A DNA stretch of 40,392 nucleotides from Thelocarpon superellum (GCA_026025795.1 JAPEUG010000126.1:1-40392); one strand, 5' to 3'. Counted from the stretch's first letter, positions 24,112 through 34,699 are shown. Made by a program: numbers and translations. Notes: a model not told the origin generated them from the sequence alone.

Positions 24112-25217
24112 ATGCATAGCAAGGTGGTCATCATCGGCTCCGGCCCCGCGGCCCACACCGCGGCGGTGTACCTGTCACGAGCCGAACTACAACCGGTCTT
24201 GTACGAGGGGCTGCTAGCCAACGGCATCGCCGCCGGAGGGCAGCTTACCACGACGACCGACGTCGAGAACTACCCAGGCTTCCCGAAAGGCATTGGCGGA
24301 CCCGAGCTGATGGTGCGTATGCTCAGTCGCGTCGAAGGCCTCACGCTGACGGGAGAGGACGATAGGACCAATTCCGTGCCCAGTCGGAGCGCTTTGGCAC
24401 GAAGATCATCACCGAGACGGTGTCCAAAGTCGATCTCTCCCGACGGCCGTTCAAGTACTGGATCGAATCGGGTGAGGACCAACCCGCTCATACCACCGAC
24501 ACGCTCATCATCGCCACGGGAGCCTCGGCCCGCCGGTTACACCTCAAGGGCGAGGAAACGTACTGGCAGAACGGCGTCAGCGCGTGCGCGGTGTGCGACG
24601 GCGCCGTGCCCATCTTCCGGAAGAAGCCGTTGGTGGTCATCGGCGGGGGCGATTCGGCCGCGGAGGAGGCCATGTTCTTGACCAAGTACGGCAGCCACGT
24701 CACGGTGCTGGTGCGCAAGGACAAACTGCGCGCGTCCAAGACGATGGCCAAGCGATTACTGGGCAATTCCAAAGTCACGGTCAAGTACGGCACGGTGGCA
24801 ACGGAGATCAAGGGCGACGCCACGGGACTCATGAGCCACCTGACGCTAAAGAACCTGGCCACGGGCGAGGAGACGGACGTGGAAGCCAACGGCCTCTTCT
24901 ACGCCGTGGGCCACGATCCGGCCACGCAGCTGTTCCGCGGACAGGTCGACGCGGACGAGGACGGATACATCCTGACGAAGCCGGGCACCAGCTACACCAA
25001 CGTCAAGGGCGTCTTTGCCGCGGGCGACGTGCAGGACAAGCGCTACCGACAGGCCATCACCAGCGCCGGCTCGGGTTGCATTGCCGCGCTCGAAGCGGAG
25101 CGATTCCTCGCCGAAGAGGAGGACGGCGTGGCGAATGAGTTGGAGCTGGAAGGCAAGGCGTCCAAGTCGCCAGAGAACGATGCGGCGCCCCAGTACCGAT
25201 CGAATCCGCTATTGTAA
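24112..25217 (+). CDS. TRR1: Thioredoxin reductase (low-Mr type); join(24112..24312,24366..25217), 350 aa; possible GTG-initiated longer isoform from 23935
   Basis: [34 protein letters not shown], redox [18 protein letters not shown] and [19 protein letters not shown]; intron 24313-24365. Confidence 0.97.
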
Positions 25218-25333
25218 GAGGGTGAAGTGAGGAGCATCCGATTGAAGCGGCGGAGCCATGCGATGGTAGTGAAATATAGACACCAGAAGTTTATACCAGA
25301 ATCCACATCCCCAAACGCGACGAAATAGCAGCA

Positions 25334-26212
25334 TCAAAGGCCGCCGTCATCACAACATTCAGGTCTAAAATCATCCGGATCGGTATCGCTGCACGAGCAA
25401 TGAAACGATGGGCCTAGTGCGCCCTCACTCGCGCCGCCGCCGCGCTCACCACGACGCATTCGACGGCGCGGAAACTTCCAAAACGCCGACGCGGCAGCGC
25501 CGCAGCTCTTGGGACCAAGGAAGTAGACGGGTTTCCGGTCCAGGCCGACGCTGGCTCGTACAGGTTGCCGGCACGTACATCCTGCTCGGCCGCGGTGGTG
25601 TCCGCAGTCTGCTCGCGTGCGGCAGCTTCGCTGGGCGGAGCATTGGCCCTGTACGGTGTTGGTCTGGGTGTTGGCGTTGTTGTTGGTGGAAGGGGGCGGG
25701 CGCGCCCATGGAAGCGCATACGATACCGTGCCCAGTGAATCCGGAGCCGATACGTTCGCGGTCGCGTCCACGATGGTATTTCCGTTTGTATCTGTGTTTG
25801 TGGGTTGCGTGGGGTCCCGGCCGGCGTTGAGCTCGTCGAGCAGCCAGGTCTGGAACTGTCTCCGCATGGCAGCGCGGGCGTCGGCGGCCGCCTGGCCATC
25901 GGTGCAGGTGCAGTTGTGGCAGATGGGCGGGCCTTGCGCGCCAGCTCCCGCGTTCCATGCTCCCTCGCCCGCGCACGGCTTCTGCACTTGCTGCCGGCAG
26001 TATTTGGCCGTGTCTCCTTCGTACTCGATTGCCAGCTGGATGTCCACTGTCCGCAGCTCGTCGGGACAAGCTAGGCCAAAGGCGCGTAATGGGATGCGTG
26101 GGACGAGATCGTGCGAGGGCGGGTTGGGCGTTGCTAGCGCGTGGGCGAGGGGAGGGAGAGAGACGGGGAGGAGGGTGATTGGTAGGAGGTGGAGGAGGCC
26201 GAGGGGTCGCAT
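25334..26212 (-). CDS. Secreted cysteine-rich hypothetical protein (292 aa, 16 Cys)
   Basis: Single ATG-initiated ORF with a hydrophobic signal peptide (MRPLGLLHLLPITLLPVSLPPLAHA), pro-segment ending LVPR, two Cys clusters separated by an N/T-rich linker, polybasic RRRMRR before the terminal CSC...CC. Confidence 0.7.
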   Translation of the reverse strand: MRPLGLLHLLPITLLPVSLPPLAHALATPNPPSHDLVPRIPLRAFGLACPDELRTVDIQLAIEYEGDTAKYCRQQVQKPCAGEGAWNAGAGAQGPPICHNCTCTDGQAAADARAAMRRQFQTWLLDELNAGRDPTQPTNTDTNGNTIVDATANVSAPDSLGTVSYALPWARPPPSTNNNANTQTNTVQGQCSAQRSCRTRADCGHHRGRAGCTCRQPVRASVGLDRKPVYFLGPKSCGAAASAFWKFPRRRMRRGERGGGASEGALGPSFHCSCSDTDPDDFRPECCDDGGL

Positions 26213-26374
26213 ATTTAGAATCCGTCTTTTTTAGTTGAGCTGGATCTGCATCTCGTTTTCCTTCTCACCACGATTGCACCAGCCCGGATGAGTGTGGTCA
26301 ACGAGAGACGAGGTGAGGTGACATTGGCAAGAGGAAGAAACGAGAGGGAGAGAGAGAAGAACCTTGCATCGAGA

Positions 26375-26415
26375 CAAGGCAGGCAAGGCAGGCAAGGCAG
26401 GCAAGGCAGGCAAGG
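26375..26415. repeat. (CAAGGCAGG)n tandem repeat, about 4.5 copies
   Basis: Direct reading; lies upstream of the Cys-rich gene. Confidence 0.9.
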
Positions 26416-28288
26416 TTGTTCCCCAGGTTTTTAAGAATCTGGGGTATAGCCGCTGCAGCTATACATAAGACACCGGGGACTGTTTCTGGTCGAGGCCTCG
26501 CAATGGGAGCACCACAGTCCGGTAGCGTACGAGGCTACTTGGACCAGACCAGTATGCAGCGCATGTCCACAAGAATGAGGGAGGAAATACAGCGCACGCC
26601 ATGGGGAGGCAGCGTCGCGCCAACTCCAGACGGTGTTCGCACCCTCACCTAGTCCGCCAGCTCATGATCTCCGGGCATCGTGCGCGAATCATGCGCGAGT
26701 CTTGCGCGAGTCGGGCGTGATCGAGAAAGCAAGGCAAGAGGTACGTCGCGATGCGGCCCGGCCGGCTGGCGGCGGCAGATCTCGCTGCAACGAGCTCGGC
26801 CACGAGGGCCGGCCGGGCTGCGAGTGGTAGATTGCGCGCGCATAGGGTTGGCGATCGAGAATGAGAGATCGAGAAGGGAAGGAGGGTGGCGCGATGAGGA
26901 GGATGGATAGACTCCTCCAGACGACTTTAGCCGGGTCTGGGTCTCGGGCGGCTCCATGGCCAACTGTCAGTGTCGCGCCCTGCCTGAAGGCACTCTCATA
27001 CGTCAGTTATTGGCCTGCGAGAGTTTCGCGGCATTCGCTCCCCTTCCTTCGCTTGCGCTTATATCTATGCTACGAGTAGTGGGAAGTGACCCCCCCAAGG
27101 GCCTGTTGTTATTTGCCCCAGCACCCGGCATGCCCAACCCCGCATGCAACGGACCACACACCCTCCCTCCCGCTCCCCGCAATCTTCTGCTCGTGCCATA
27201 ATTGGTCCGCACCTCTCGAACAAGATGTAACAATGCATGGTCTGGCTCGAGATGGCACAAGTCGCTCAGTGTCCGCTACAGCGACATAGGCCCCTGCTCA
27301 AGTATCGCAAGCCTGTCTATCTTCAGAAAGGCACGTTGGACCAAATTCAATGTCAAAGGGGTGCTGTCTGCGTCTTTTCCAAGATCGGGCGTCGCATGCC
27401 CATTCGATTCTTCGGTAGTCTTCGGTTGTCTTGGCCGGATTCTGGAGGATTTCGAATGTCAAGTTCAACTTCATCTCCCTGTAGTCCAGGCTTTGTCTAC
27501 TCGGCTTCTCCTCTGTGCAAGTAGCACGATTCATCTGGCGGGGTCTTACGTTGCGTATTCATGGTGATTGGCTTGGAGGCCGTTTCCTAGAAGAGCTAAT
27601 CGAGACGGCGTACGCTGAGGACCCGATCCTCGGCACAATTCCAGTCACGGCGATTAGGAGCAAGCGCGGCTGCAGTCCGCCGTGTCTGATCAACAGCCAC
27701 GGAAAGCTGCTAAATAGTGACCGGACCCATGAACCGTCCGTCCGTAGTGGAGCGCTGGCAATCTACCTCGGCGTGCAAGATGAATGCATTGTTGGCATTG
27801 TACGCTCTCGTCCTGCCGGAGCGATTGCAGAGAGAGTGTGTGAAGCGGGATTATTCCCTCCGAATCTCCTCCACTGCAGAGCAACGTGGGCGGACGAAAT
27901 CATGTGATGGGCCGCTGCCGGCGGCATCACCTTGGAATCGCCATCCTCACTACAGCAACGGTAGCATCCTTTGGTCCGCTGTGCCGCTACTTACCGTCCC
28001 TTCGTGCCTCCGTATGCCCGTCCCTTCCGTCTTCCGTATGCCCGTCGGCGCCGGCCGCGGCCGCGACGAGCATGGTGTGAATTCTAAATGCTCGATGCCA
28101 CTCTTGCTCCAATGACTAACTCACAGCATGGTACTTGTATAACTCGCCGTCAACAGCTGAGTCGTCAGTTTGTGCTCTTCTGAGGCTACCACAGTTGACC
28201 TCAAAGCAAATCGCCACGGTTCCGTTGATGGTCGTTGCGAGCTCGTCGACTAGTTGATTGATCCGCTTCACCGCCATCGTCGTTTCCC

Positions 28289-28858
28289 ATGTCGACGACC
28301 GCCCCCCTCGTCCAGGACTTGTCCTACCTCGCACAGACGCCGGCGCACAAGGATGGGATCGCACAGACCGTCGCAGTTGGATCGCCCAGCCATCCGTCCC
28401 TCATCGAGGTGATCCGCCGCCCTGGAGCCTTCACCTCGGGAGCCTTCTCGCTCGTGTCCCTCCCGCCGGGGGCGCTCTTCGCCCGCATCACGACGGCCAC
28501 GCCGGCCCCGGCCAAAGCCTACACCTCCGTGCAGATCTCGCCCACGGAGCATGTTGAGCTCAACTCCGATCTCGTCTACTGCAATCATAGCTGCGAGCCT
28601 ACGGTCGTCTTCGATATGAGCCAGATGGCAGTCCGCGTCGTCCCGGACCGCCCCCTGAAGATCGGCGATCCGCTGACCTTCTTCTACCCGTCGACCGAAT
28701 GGAACATGGCGCAGCCCTTCACCTGTACCTGTGGGACCGTCGCCTGCAAGGGATGGATCCAGGGTGCGGAAAGAATGCCCCAGGAGGTGCTGGATGCATA
28801 TTGGCTCAACCCGCATATCGAGGCGTTGCTGGCGGCTCGTGAGAAGAGCAACAGGTAA
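28289..28858 (+). CDS. Small stand-alone SET-domain protein with post-SET Cys motif (189 aa)
   Basis: ELNSDLVYCNHSCEP (NHSC motif), GDPLTFFYPSTEW (ELTFDY-like) and post-SET FTCTCGTVACKGWI. Confidence 0.88.
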   Translation: MSTTAPLVQDLSYLAQTPAHKDGIAQTVAVGSPSHPSLIEVIRRPGAFTSGAFSLVSLPPGALFARITTATPAPAKAYTSVQISPTEHVELNSDLVYCNHSCEPTVVFDMSQMAVRVVPDRPLKIGDPLTFFYPSTEWNMAQPFTCTCGTVACKGWIQGAERMPQEVLDAYWLNPHIEALLAAREKSNR

Positions 28859-29400
28859 GGTGTACGGCGTCAGCATCGGCATCAGCATCGGCATCAGCGT
28901 GAACGTCGGCATCAGCGTCAGCATCAGATCTGGAGGCAATAGTCGAGTGCGAGTTCCGAGTGCAAGTGTGCAGCACGTTCACAAGCATCAGCATGTCCGA
29001 TAGACATACAACATACCTAGCTGCATCGACACCATGATAAGGAAACGCACAATGTAACGGACGGCAGATTCAAGGTAGAGAGCACATTTAAGGTACAGAG
29101 AAACGAATCTTGCCGATACCTTGCAAAGATAGGGTATCGACACTGGCCACCCCAGCAACGTACTTGCTGCTAGCGACACCAAAGAGACCCTCCGAAGGAA
29201 AGGACTTTCACATACCATTTCCGCGGGACCCACGACGGGTAGGTAGGAAACGTTTGCTCATGTCTGCAGGGAGCGATTACAGCAACCAGGAAAGTGGCAT
29301 CGGTGTTTTCAATTACGCGTTGATCTCATCAAGTGCGGGTGCAGAATAATGCTCGCACACAAGCAAGACAGTGAGCCTGTTCATGGCCATGACAAAGTAG

Positions 29401-30470
29401 ATGGACGACCTTGACCGACTCTCTACGGCCCTACATTGCGCGAACGATGAACGAGTAAAAATTCGCCTACTGCTACCGAGCGGCTCGGCCGCCTGAACCT
29501 CCCGGCCTGCGTTTACTTGAAGGAGGGCTCCCGTACGTTCGAAATCCCGCTTTCCTGTCATGGAAACGCCAATATCGAGAGACATCAGTGACCATCGATT
29601 CGACGACATTGCCACCTAATGAGTATGACCTGTTCTCTCGCCGCCCAGAGAAAGTATTTGTCAACGATCCCGATACGCCTGAAGAGTCCCTCGTTCAGCA
29701 AACCGCAAGGAAACAGATGAATGATCGGGCAGACTCGCTCAATTCGCTCAGCAAAAGGCTAGCAGATGCTTTGGACCGAAACGAGGCAACTGCTTTCTGT
29801 GTACAGGTTGCCGCACATCGTCTCAACGGAACGAGACCCGATCACATCAAAGGGCAGCCAAAAGTGGTTAACGATCCTAGACCTGACGCAAGCAATGAAG
29901 AAGACGCGATCAAAAACCGAGCAGTGGCTGCTGCGAGCTTGAGAATCCTGTTGCTCGACGCCTCGAAGCAAATCAACAAGCACCAAGCACATCCGGCAAC
30001 GCTCTCTGCTCGCGCCCTCCATTGGGCACGACCCACCAATTTTCTATCGACTCACTCAAAGCAAATCCCACACTCGGTTCGATGATGATGTTGGGGTTTG
30101 CTGTGGTTGATGGCTTGAGGAACCTTCCTTCAAATAACCCCACGACTAATGATTTTCGCAACCATTTGAATGAATTCATAATACCCTCGCCATATATATC
30201 GACGACCGCGAGTCCTGGATCCTGGACGTCTAATCAAGCTTTTCTCCACCTGATGGTCAGACCAAGGCCAAGTCGCGATTATCGACGCGTCGAAGCTACG
30301 GACTTTGGTGTTCATTCCGATCGAAGTACCAAGATCGCCGCCGATGCTGGAGTCTCCACCTCTGGAGTCGGAGCTGCACAATATATCACCAAGACTCATT
30401 GGTCAGTGCAGGGTTAGATTCTGCGCGAACGCGTCATCAAGATGGTTCCTGTGGTAGATTTCAGTTCCGA
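29401..30470 (+). pseudogene. Multiply frameshifted pseudogene of a fungal protein with an ADP-ribosyltransferase-like (DUF7587-like) motif set
   Basis: Stitching frames gives KHIRQRSLLAPSIGHDPPIFYRLTQSKSHTRFDDDVGVCCG*W...PTTNDFRNHLNEFIIPSPYISTTASPG...QVAIIDASKLR..GVHSDRSTKIA...QYITKTHWSVQG*IL. Stops at 30108 and 30415; frameshifts near 29985, 30132, 30215-30265 and 30305. Start at 29401 is tentative. Confidence 0.55.
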
Positions 30471-31021
30471 ATAAACAAGAAAACATTGCCAGGTAGTAAT
30501 AATGACACCATGAAGCACACTGTGCATGAGCTCGAGAATGACATCAAAAGGCGATTGGTGATCCCGGCACGATTGATCTATCTATTTGCATTTGATGATG
30601 ACGACGACGATTGGCCAACGCCGAGCTATTTGAGGGACGGTCCCCTGTGAATTAATGTTACCCCGCGTACGACGCGAGCGACACAGCCACCCCCACTTTG
30701 ACGCCTGACTGACCTGCGACGTCTTCGAAGGGGACGAGCTGTAGAGCGAATGTAGTTACAGCGTAGGACGAGGACTCAGCACGCGTAGGCAGCAGACGCA
30801 GGAGATTCTCCGTGCTCCACGGACCCCGTATATTGTCCTTTGGCCCTGGAAAGATCCCTTGACCCATCTCATCATCTCGTGTCTCGTCCACTTCATTTAT
30901 TTCCCTTGTCCCTTTGCTCAGCCTTGCCCGGCCTCGCCTCGCCTCGCCCCGCTCCAGCTCCCCCAACGAGCAGATCTAGACGGAGTAGACGAAGCAGCAG
31001 CAGCATCGCACACACGGAACC

Positions 31022-31614
31022 ATGGCGTCGGCTACTCCTCCTTCCGGACCGGCGTTGGACACGTCGGCCTCGTCCAGCACGGACAAACACACGGCCGTGG
31101 AACTGGACGGCTCACCCATCTCGCCCTCCGCGCCTGCTGATCTCCCATCCACCAAGACTTCGAGTGGCGGCAGCGGCGGCGGAGCACCGACGAGATCGAG
31201 CACGAGCGGGCCGCTGGAAGCAGACGTAGAACAAGATGGTGGCGTGGCACTAAAGGTACGGTACCATTGCAACTCCACATGAAGAAGAGAGGCGGGCAGA
31301 GCAGAGCAGAGCAGCAGAGCAGCAGAGCAGAGCAGAGCACAGCACAGCAACTGACACACCCCCGCGCACTCTAGGACCGAGCCAAAGCCCAGGCGAAGAA
31401 ATCAAAGGATCCCGCGGTGCTGGTGAATGTGCGCCGACCCCCGCTTCAGAACCGCGCCGGTGGCGTTTGCCTGCTTGTGGACTGACTTGACCTGACCTTC
31501 CAGATCCCTCAACTACCAGCAGCGCAAGACTACGAGGTCGCCGCTTTACATTCCGAGACACCGGGCGGTGGCGTCGGGGTTGGGAGCGCAGAGGGCGAGG
31601 TGGTGCAAGAGTGA
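31022..31614 (+). CDS. Small low-complexity hypothetical protein; join(31022..31255,31375..31428,31504..31614), 132 aa
   Basis: CCATGG start context; two phase-0 GT-AG introns with CTGAC branch points give an open frame (...AVELDGSP...KSKDPAVLVNIPQLPAAQDYE...). Confidence 0.7.
31296..31349. repeat. (GCAGA)n microsatellite inside intron 1 of the small gene
   Basis: Direct reading. Confidence 0.9.
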
Positions 31615-31951
31615 ATGCTGCCTACCCTCACATCTATGCACGCTAGCACCATCTCATCGGGTCTTGGATGGTTTGAAAATACGTCGTGAGCATGTCACCA
31701 AGGAGAGAGGGCGGATGAGACGAGATGTAGCTTCATCTTGAGTAACTTGGGTGGGGGGATGCTGGCCGGCGTGGATTGCATTGGGAACGGAGAGCTGTGG
31801 CGTGGAGTTGCTGCTGGTCGCCCGAGTAGAGGGATAAGGGTGGTAATGATATGAATCGCGAACAGGAACAGTGATTGTACAGTCCTCCAATCCTTTAGAC
31901 CGTGCAAGAAAAGCAATTCTGTACAAAGAAAGAAAGCAATCCAAAACCGAA

Positions 31952-32828
31952 TCACCCACCAAACCGCCGGTCAAATTCCTGAAGGATCTTGGGGGTGATT
32001 TCATCGCTAGAATCGCCCTCCACCCGACATAAGACGCCGCGACGCTCATAGAAATCCAACAGAGGTCGACTAGTATCTTCAAACTGTCGCAGGCGCGTCT
32101 TCCATGTTTCGGGGTCATCGTCAGACCGCCGCGTCAGCGGCTCCCCCGTAACGTCGTCCTGTCCAGACACGCGAGGGGGGTTGAAGGTCGTGTTGTACAC
32201 TCGGCCCGACGGAGCATGGACGTAGCGATTACCGATTCGGTCAAGGATGATGTGTGTGGGGGTACGGATGCTGATGACGAGGTTGATGTCGATCTGTTCC
32301 GCGTCGAGCTGGGCGGCTTGCGCGGCCGTGCGCGGGAAGCCGTCGAGGATGAACGAGGCCGAAGGGTCGTTGGACGTTTCCGTAGCCGCCGAGCTGAAGG
32401 GGCCGGAGCTGGCGTCTTCTGTCGAGGTGACGAAACCATCTTCCATCTCTCCGGCGCCTTCCGTCGCCGTTGCCATGGCCGAGGCGAGGGTGAGCGGGGC
32501 GACGTTGATGGTGGATAGCCAGCCACGGGACCTTAATTCGTTGAGGATCAGCCGTAGGATCATGGTGTCGGGGACCAATGACCCGGCTTTGATCGTGGAC
32601 TCGGCCTTGATCCCTGCATCGACGTGATGAGTTAATTCGATGATGGTGATGCAAGACCCAGTATCACTTACCAAGCGGGGTTCGCTGTCGAACATTCTCC
32701 CGTAGCAGTTCCCCGGAGCTGATGGTGGAGAGCTGAGGGAAGCGCCGGGTCAATCGTTCTGCCTGCGTCCCCTTCCCGACCCCGGGCGCCCCGACCAGGA
32801 TGACGCGTGCCGCCCGTGCGAGCTGCAT
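31952..32828 (-). CDS. ADK2: Mitochondrial GTP:AMP phosphotransferase (adenylate kinase Adk2/AK3 type); complement(join(31952..32613,32672..32828)), 272 aa
   Basis: P-loop [22 protein letters not shown], and [21 protein letters not shown]...[14 protein letters not shown] (the YN..FNPP lid is AK3-type); intron 32614-32671 GTAAGT...CAG. Confidence 0.93.
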
Positions 32829-33301
32829 GTTGTGACAAGTCCGAAGATGACGGCAAGAATCGGAGGTTCAAGGACGTGATTGATGCTACCGGAGCATCGT
32901 CTGCGGAGCCACGCGTGCTCAGCCAACGACATATCCTCGAAACGCATGGCGAATGTTACGACGGGACAACATGATGGGGACGGGATAAGATTAAAGATGG
33001 AGGGGAATGATCCGATAAGCGTAAAGGGAATGGTGGGCAAAGACCGGGATGGAATGACGCGGGGGCCCTTTCAATTCCCAACTACCAAGTGGTAGGACCT
33101 CCGCTAGTGACAGAGGGGAGGTCGGAATCCCGTTACGCTCCGAGCCCCCGCCCCCCCCGACAATCTTCGGTTGAGAGTAGCTTGGCTGCGCTAAACTTGG
33201 CGTTGGCCGGACTTTCTCGCTTTGTGGCTGACTAACCCAACCGCGAACGCGTGCCCAAAGACAAGTGACTACTAAGTAAAGTGCCTGCACAAGGTTCCAA
33301 G

Positions 33302-33391
33302 TGTAGGAATCAGAGCTGAATTGCTAATCTACATGTAGCTGGGATTGTAATAGGGGTGGGCATGTGACTTGGTCACATGTGTGCTCCTACA
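33302..33391 (-). repeat. 3' LTR (90 bp, all CpGs mutated)
   Basis: Matches 39420-39509 at 83 of 90 positions; adjacent to the polypurine tract. Confidence 0.97.
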
Positions 33392-33393
33392 CA

Positions 33394-33404
33394 CTTCCCC
33401 TCCT
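33394..33404 (-). other. Polypurine tract AGGAGGGGAAG
   Basis: Purine run ending 2 nt before the 3' LTR on the minus strand. Confidence 0.85.
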
Positions 33405-33722
33405 AAACTTGTGATATTGAAGTGAATAGCTTCAAAACAGTAGGAAACTAGCATAGAGCCAATAGTGTGGCCTGCCATGCTTGCTAGTATGGTGACACAT
33501 GCCTGTTGTTGTTGTTGTTGTTTACTTACCCACCAACCACTGTGGATTCTCATGATCTTCTGTTTTCTTCCTGCAACCACAATGCCTTGCTGTGTGGTGG
33601 TCCCCCTGTCTGGTGAGGTTGATCTGCACCTACTGTACAGTTGGAACTGACAATAGTAGCTTTGGCCAAAGAGGCTGCTCATCTCACTCCAGCGAATTCT
33701 TGTTGTTTGCACCTAGGCCAAA

Positions 33723-34699
33723 ATGGCCACAACATTTGTCCCTGTTCCATCACGCCTGCAGCAGGTGTCTTGATACTGACTGCAGTAGCTCCTTCTGTTT
33801 GTACAACACCCTGACATGCATCATGATATCACTACTTGTCCTCACAGCTCGCATGTGCGCCTGTGTTCTCATGGTGCTGTTTTGTCATCTGTTGTCAAGT
33901 TGTGTTGTAAGTTGGTCATCTAGGCCATTATTATCTAGGTAGGTGATGCTGTTGATGTCATACACTGCTAACGTTTCTACAGCACCACAGACTGACTGTG
34001 GATCTGGAATGTGACCAATGCCTAGAGAACTGTGGTCTGTTCCTCTGTTGCAAGACAGCTGTCAACTCCTGTGGCCAGCAGATTTGTGGTAGCGCATGTA
34101 GCAACTGCATGTACTAGGATGGTGCTGTACACTGTGTCAACAGTGAGCATTGATCCCATTCCATTCCCCCCCTTCCTTGACTGATTGTGGTAGGCAACTA
34201 GTACATTCCTCCCTGTGCTATCCTGTTGCTGCTGTACTAGCTGCCACCCAACATTGTTCCTCCTCTCTCTGGCCAGTGGCTCCAGTTGTATGTCCCACCC
34301 ATCAACATCAAGGAGGACAATGTCAATAAGCTGTGGGTGTACACCAAGCCATTGCTAGCTATCTGTCACTCCTTTGCTGGAGTTGTTCTCCTGCAGTCAT
34401 CCACAACACCTGTGTCACCTACACCTGGGCCCTGTCACTGCACCTCTGCCATACACCTGCTGTCATCATCCCCCAGGTCACTAGGAACCTCTGTGGCCAG
34501 TTGGCTGTCTGTGGCTAGTTGGCTGTTGTCTTCTCTGTTGTTTGTGCTGCTTGGTGCAGCAGTAGCACCAGCAGAGGCTTGTACAAGCCCCAGTGTAACC
34601 CCTAGGTTAGCTGCAGCACTTGTGGAGCTCTGTGGTGGCACTGTTGCCAAGACCAATGCAGCATATCTTGCATTCCTGCACAAGCAGGAGTTCAGCTAG
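33723..34699 (+). pseudogene. Antisense, intron-containing accessory gene of the retrotransposon encoding a DUF3716-like Cys-rich domain; join(33723..33938,33983..34142,34194..about 34699)
   Basis: CAAAATGGC start; introns 33939-33982 (GTAGGT...GCTAAC...TTTCTACAG) and 34143-34193 (GTGAGC...CTGAT...TAG). Spliced frame reads AIII*HHRLTVDLECDQCLENCGLFLCCK...GSACSNCMY*DGAVHC and continues into ORF 34286-34699. All stops are TGA/TAG, explicable as C-to-T or G-to-A changes. Confidence 0.75.

Noticed and set aside
25215..25330. Stop-codon readthrough of TRR1 to a peroxisomal signal
   Set aside because: The stop is TAA-G, not the TGA-CTA readthrough context, and the downstream frame does not end in a PTS1 tripeptide.
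27000..28100. Several 60-130 aa ORFs between the Cys-rich gene and the SET gene
   Set aside because: No coherent gene model or recognisable motif could be built; may hold a very decayed relic but this is unsupported.
32370..32520. About 45-aa insertion in ADK2 before FILDGFPRT as an intron or novelty
   Set aside because: In frame without convincing splice signals; I recall a variable insertion here being usual in filamentous-fungal Adk2.
33907..33982. Alternative GTAAGT donor for intron 1 of the antisense gene
   Set aside because: It would shift exon 2 out of the Cys-motif frame and remove the AIIIQ motif; the donor at 33939 keeps phase 0. It may itself be a mutation product.
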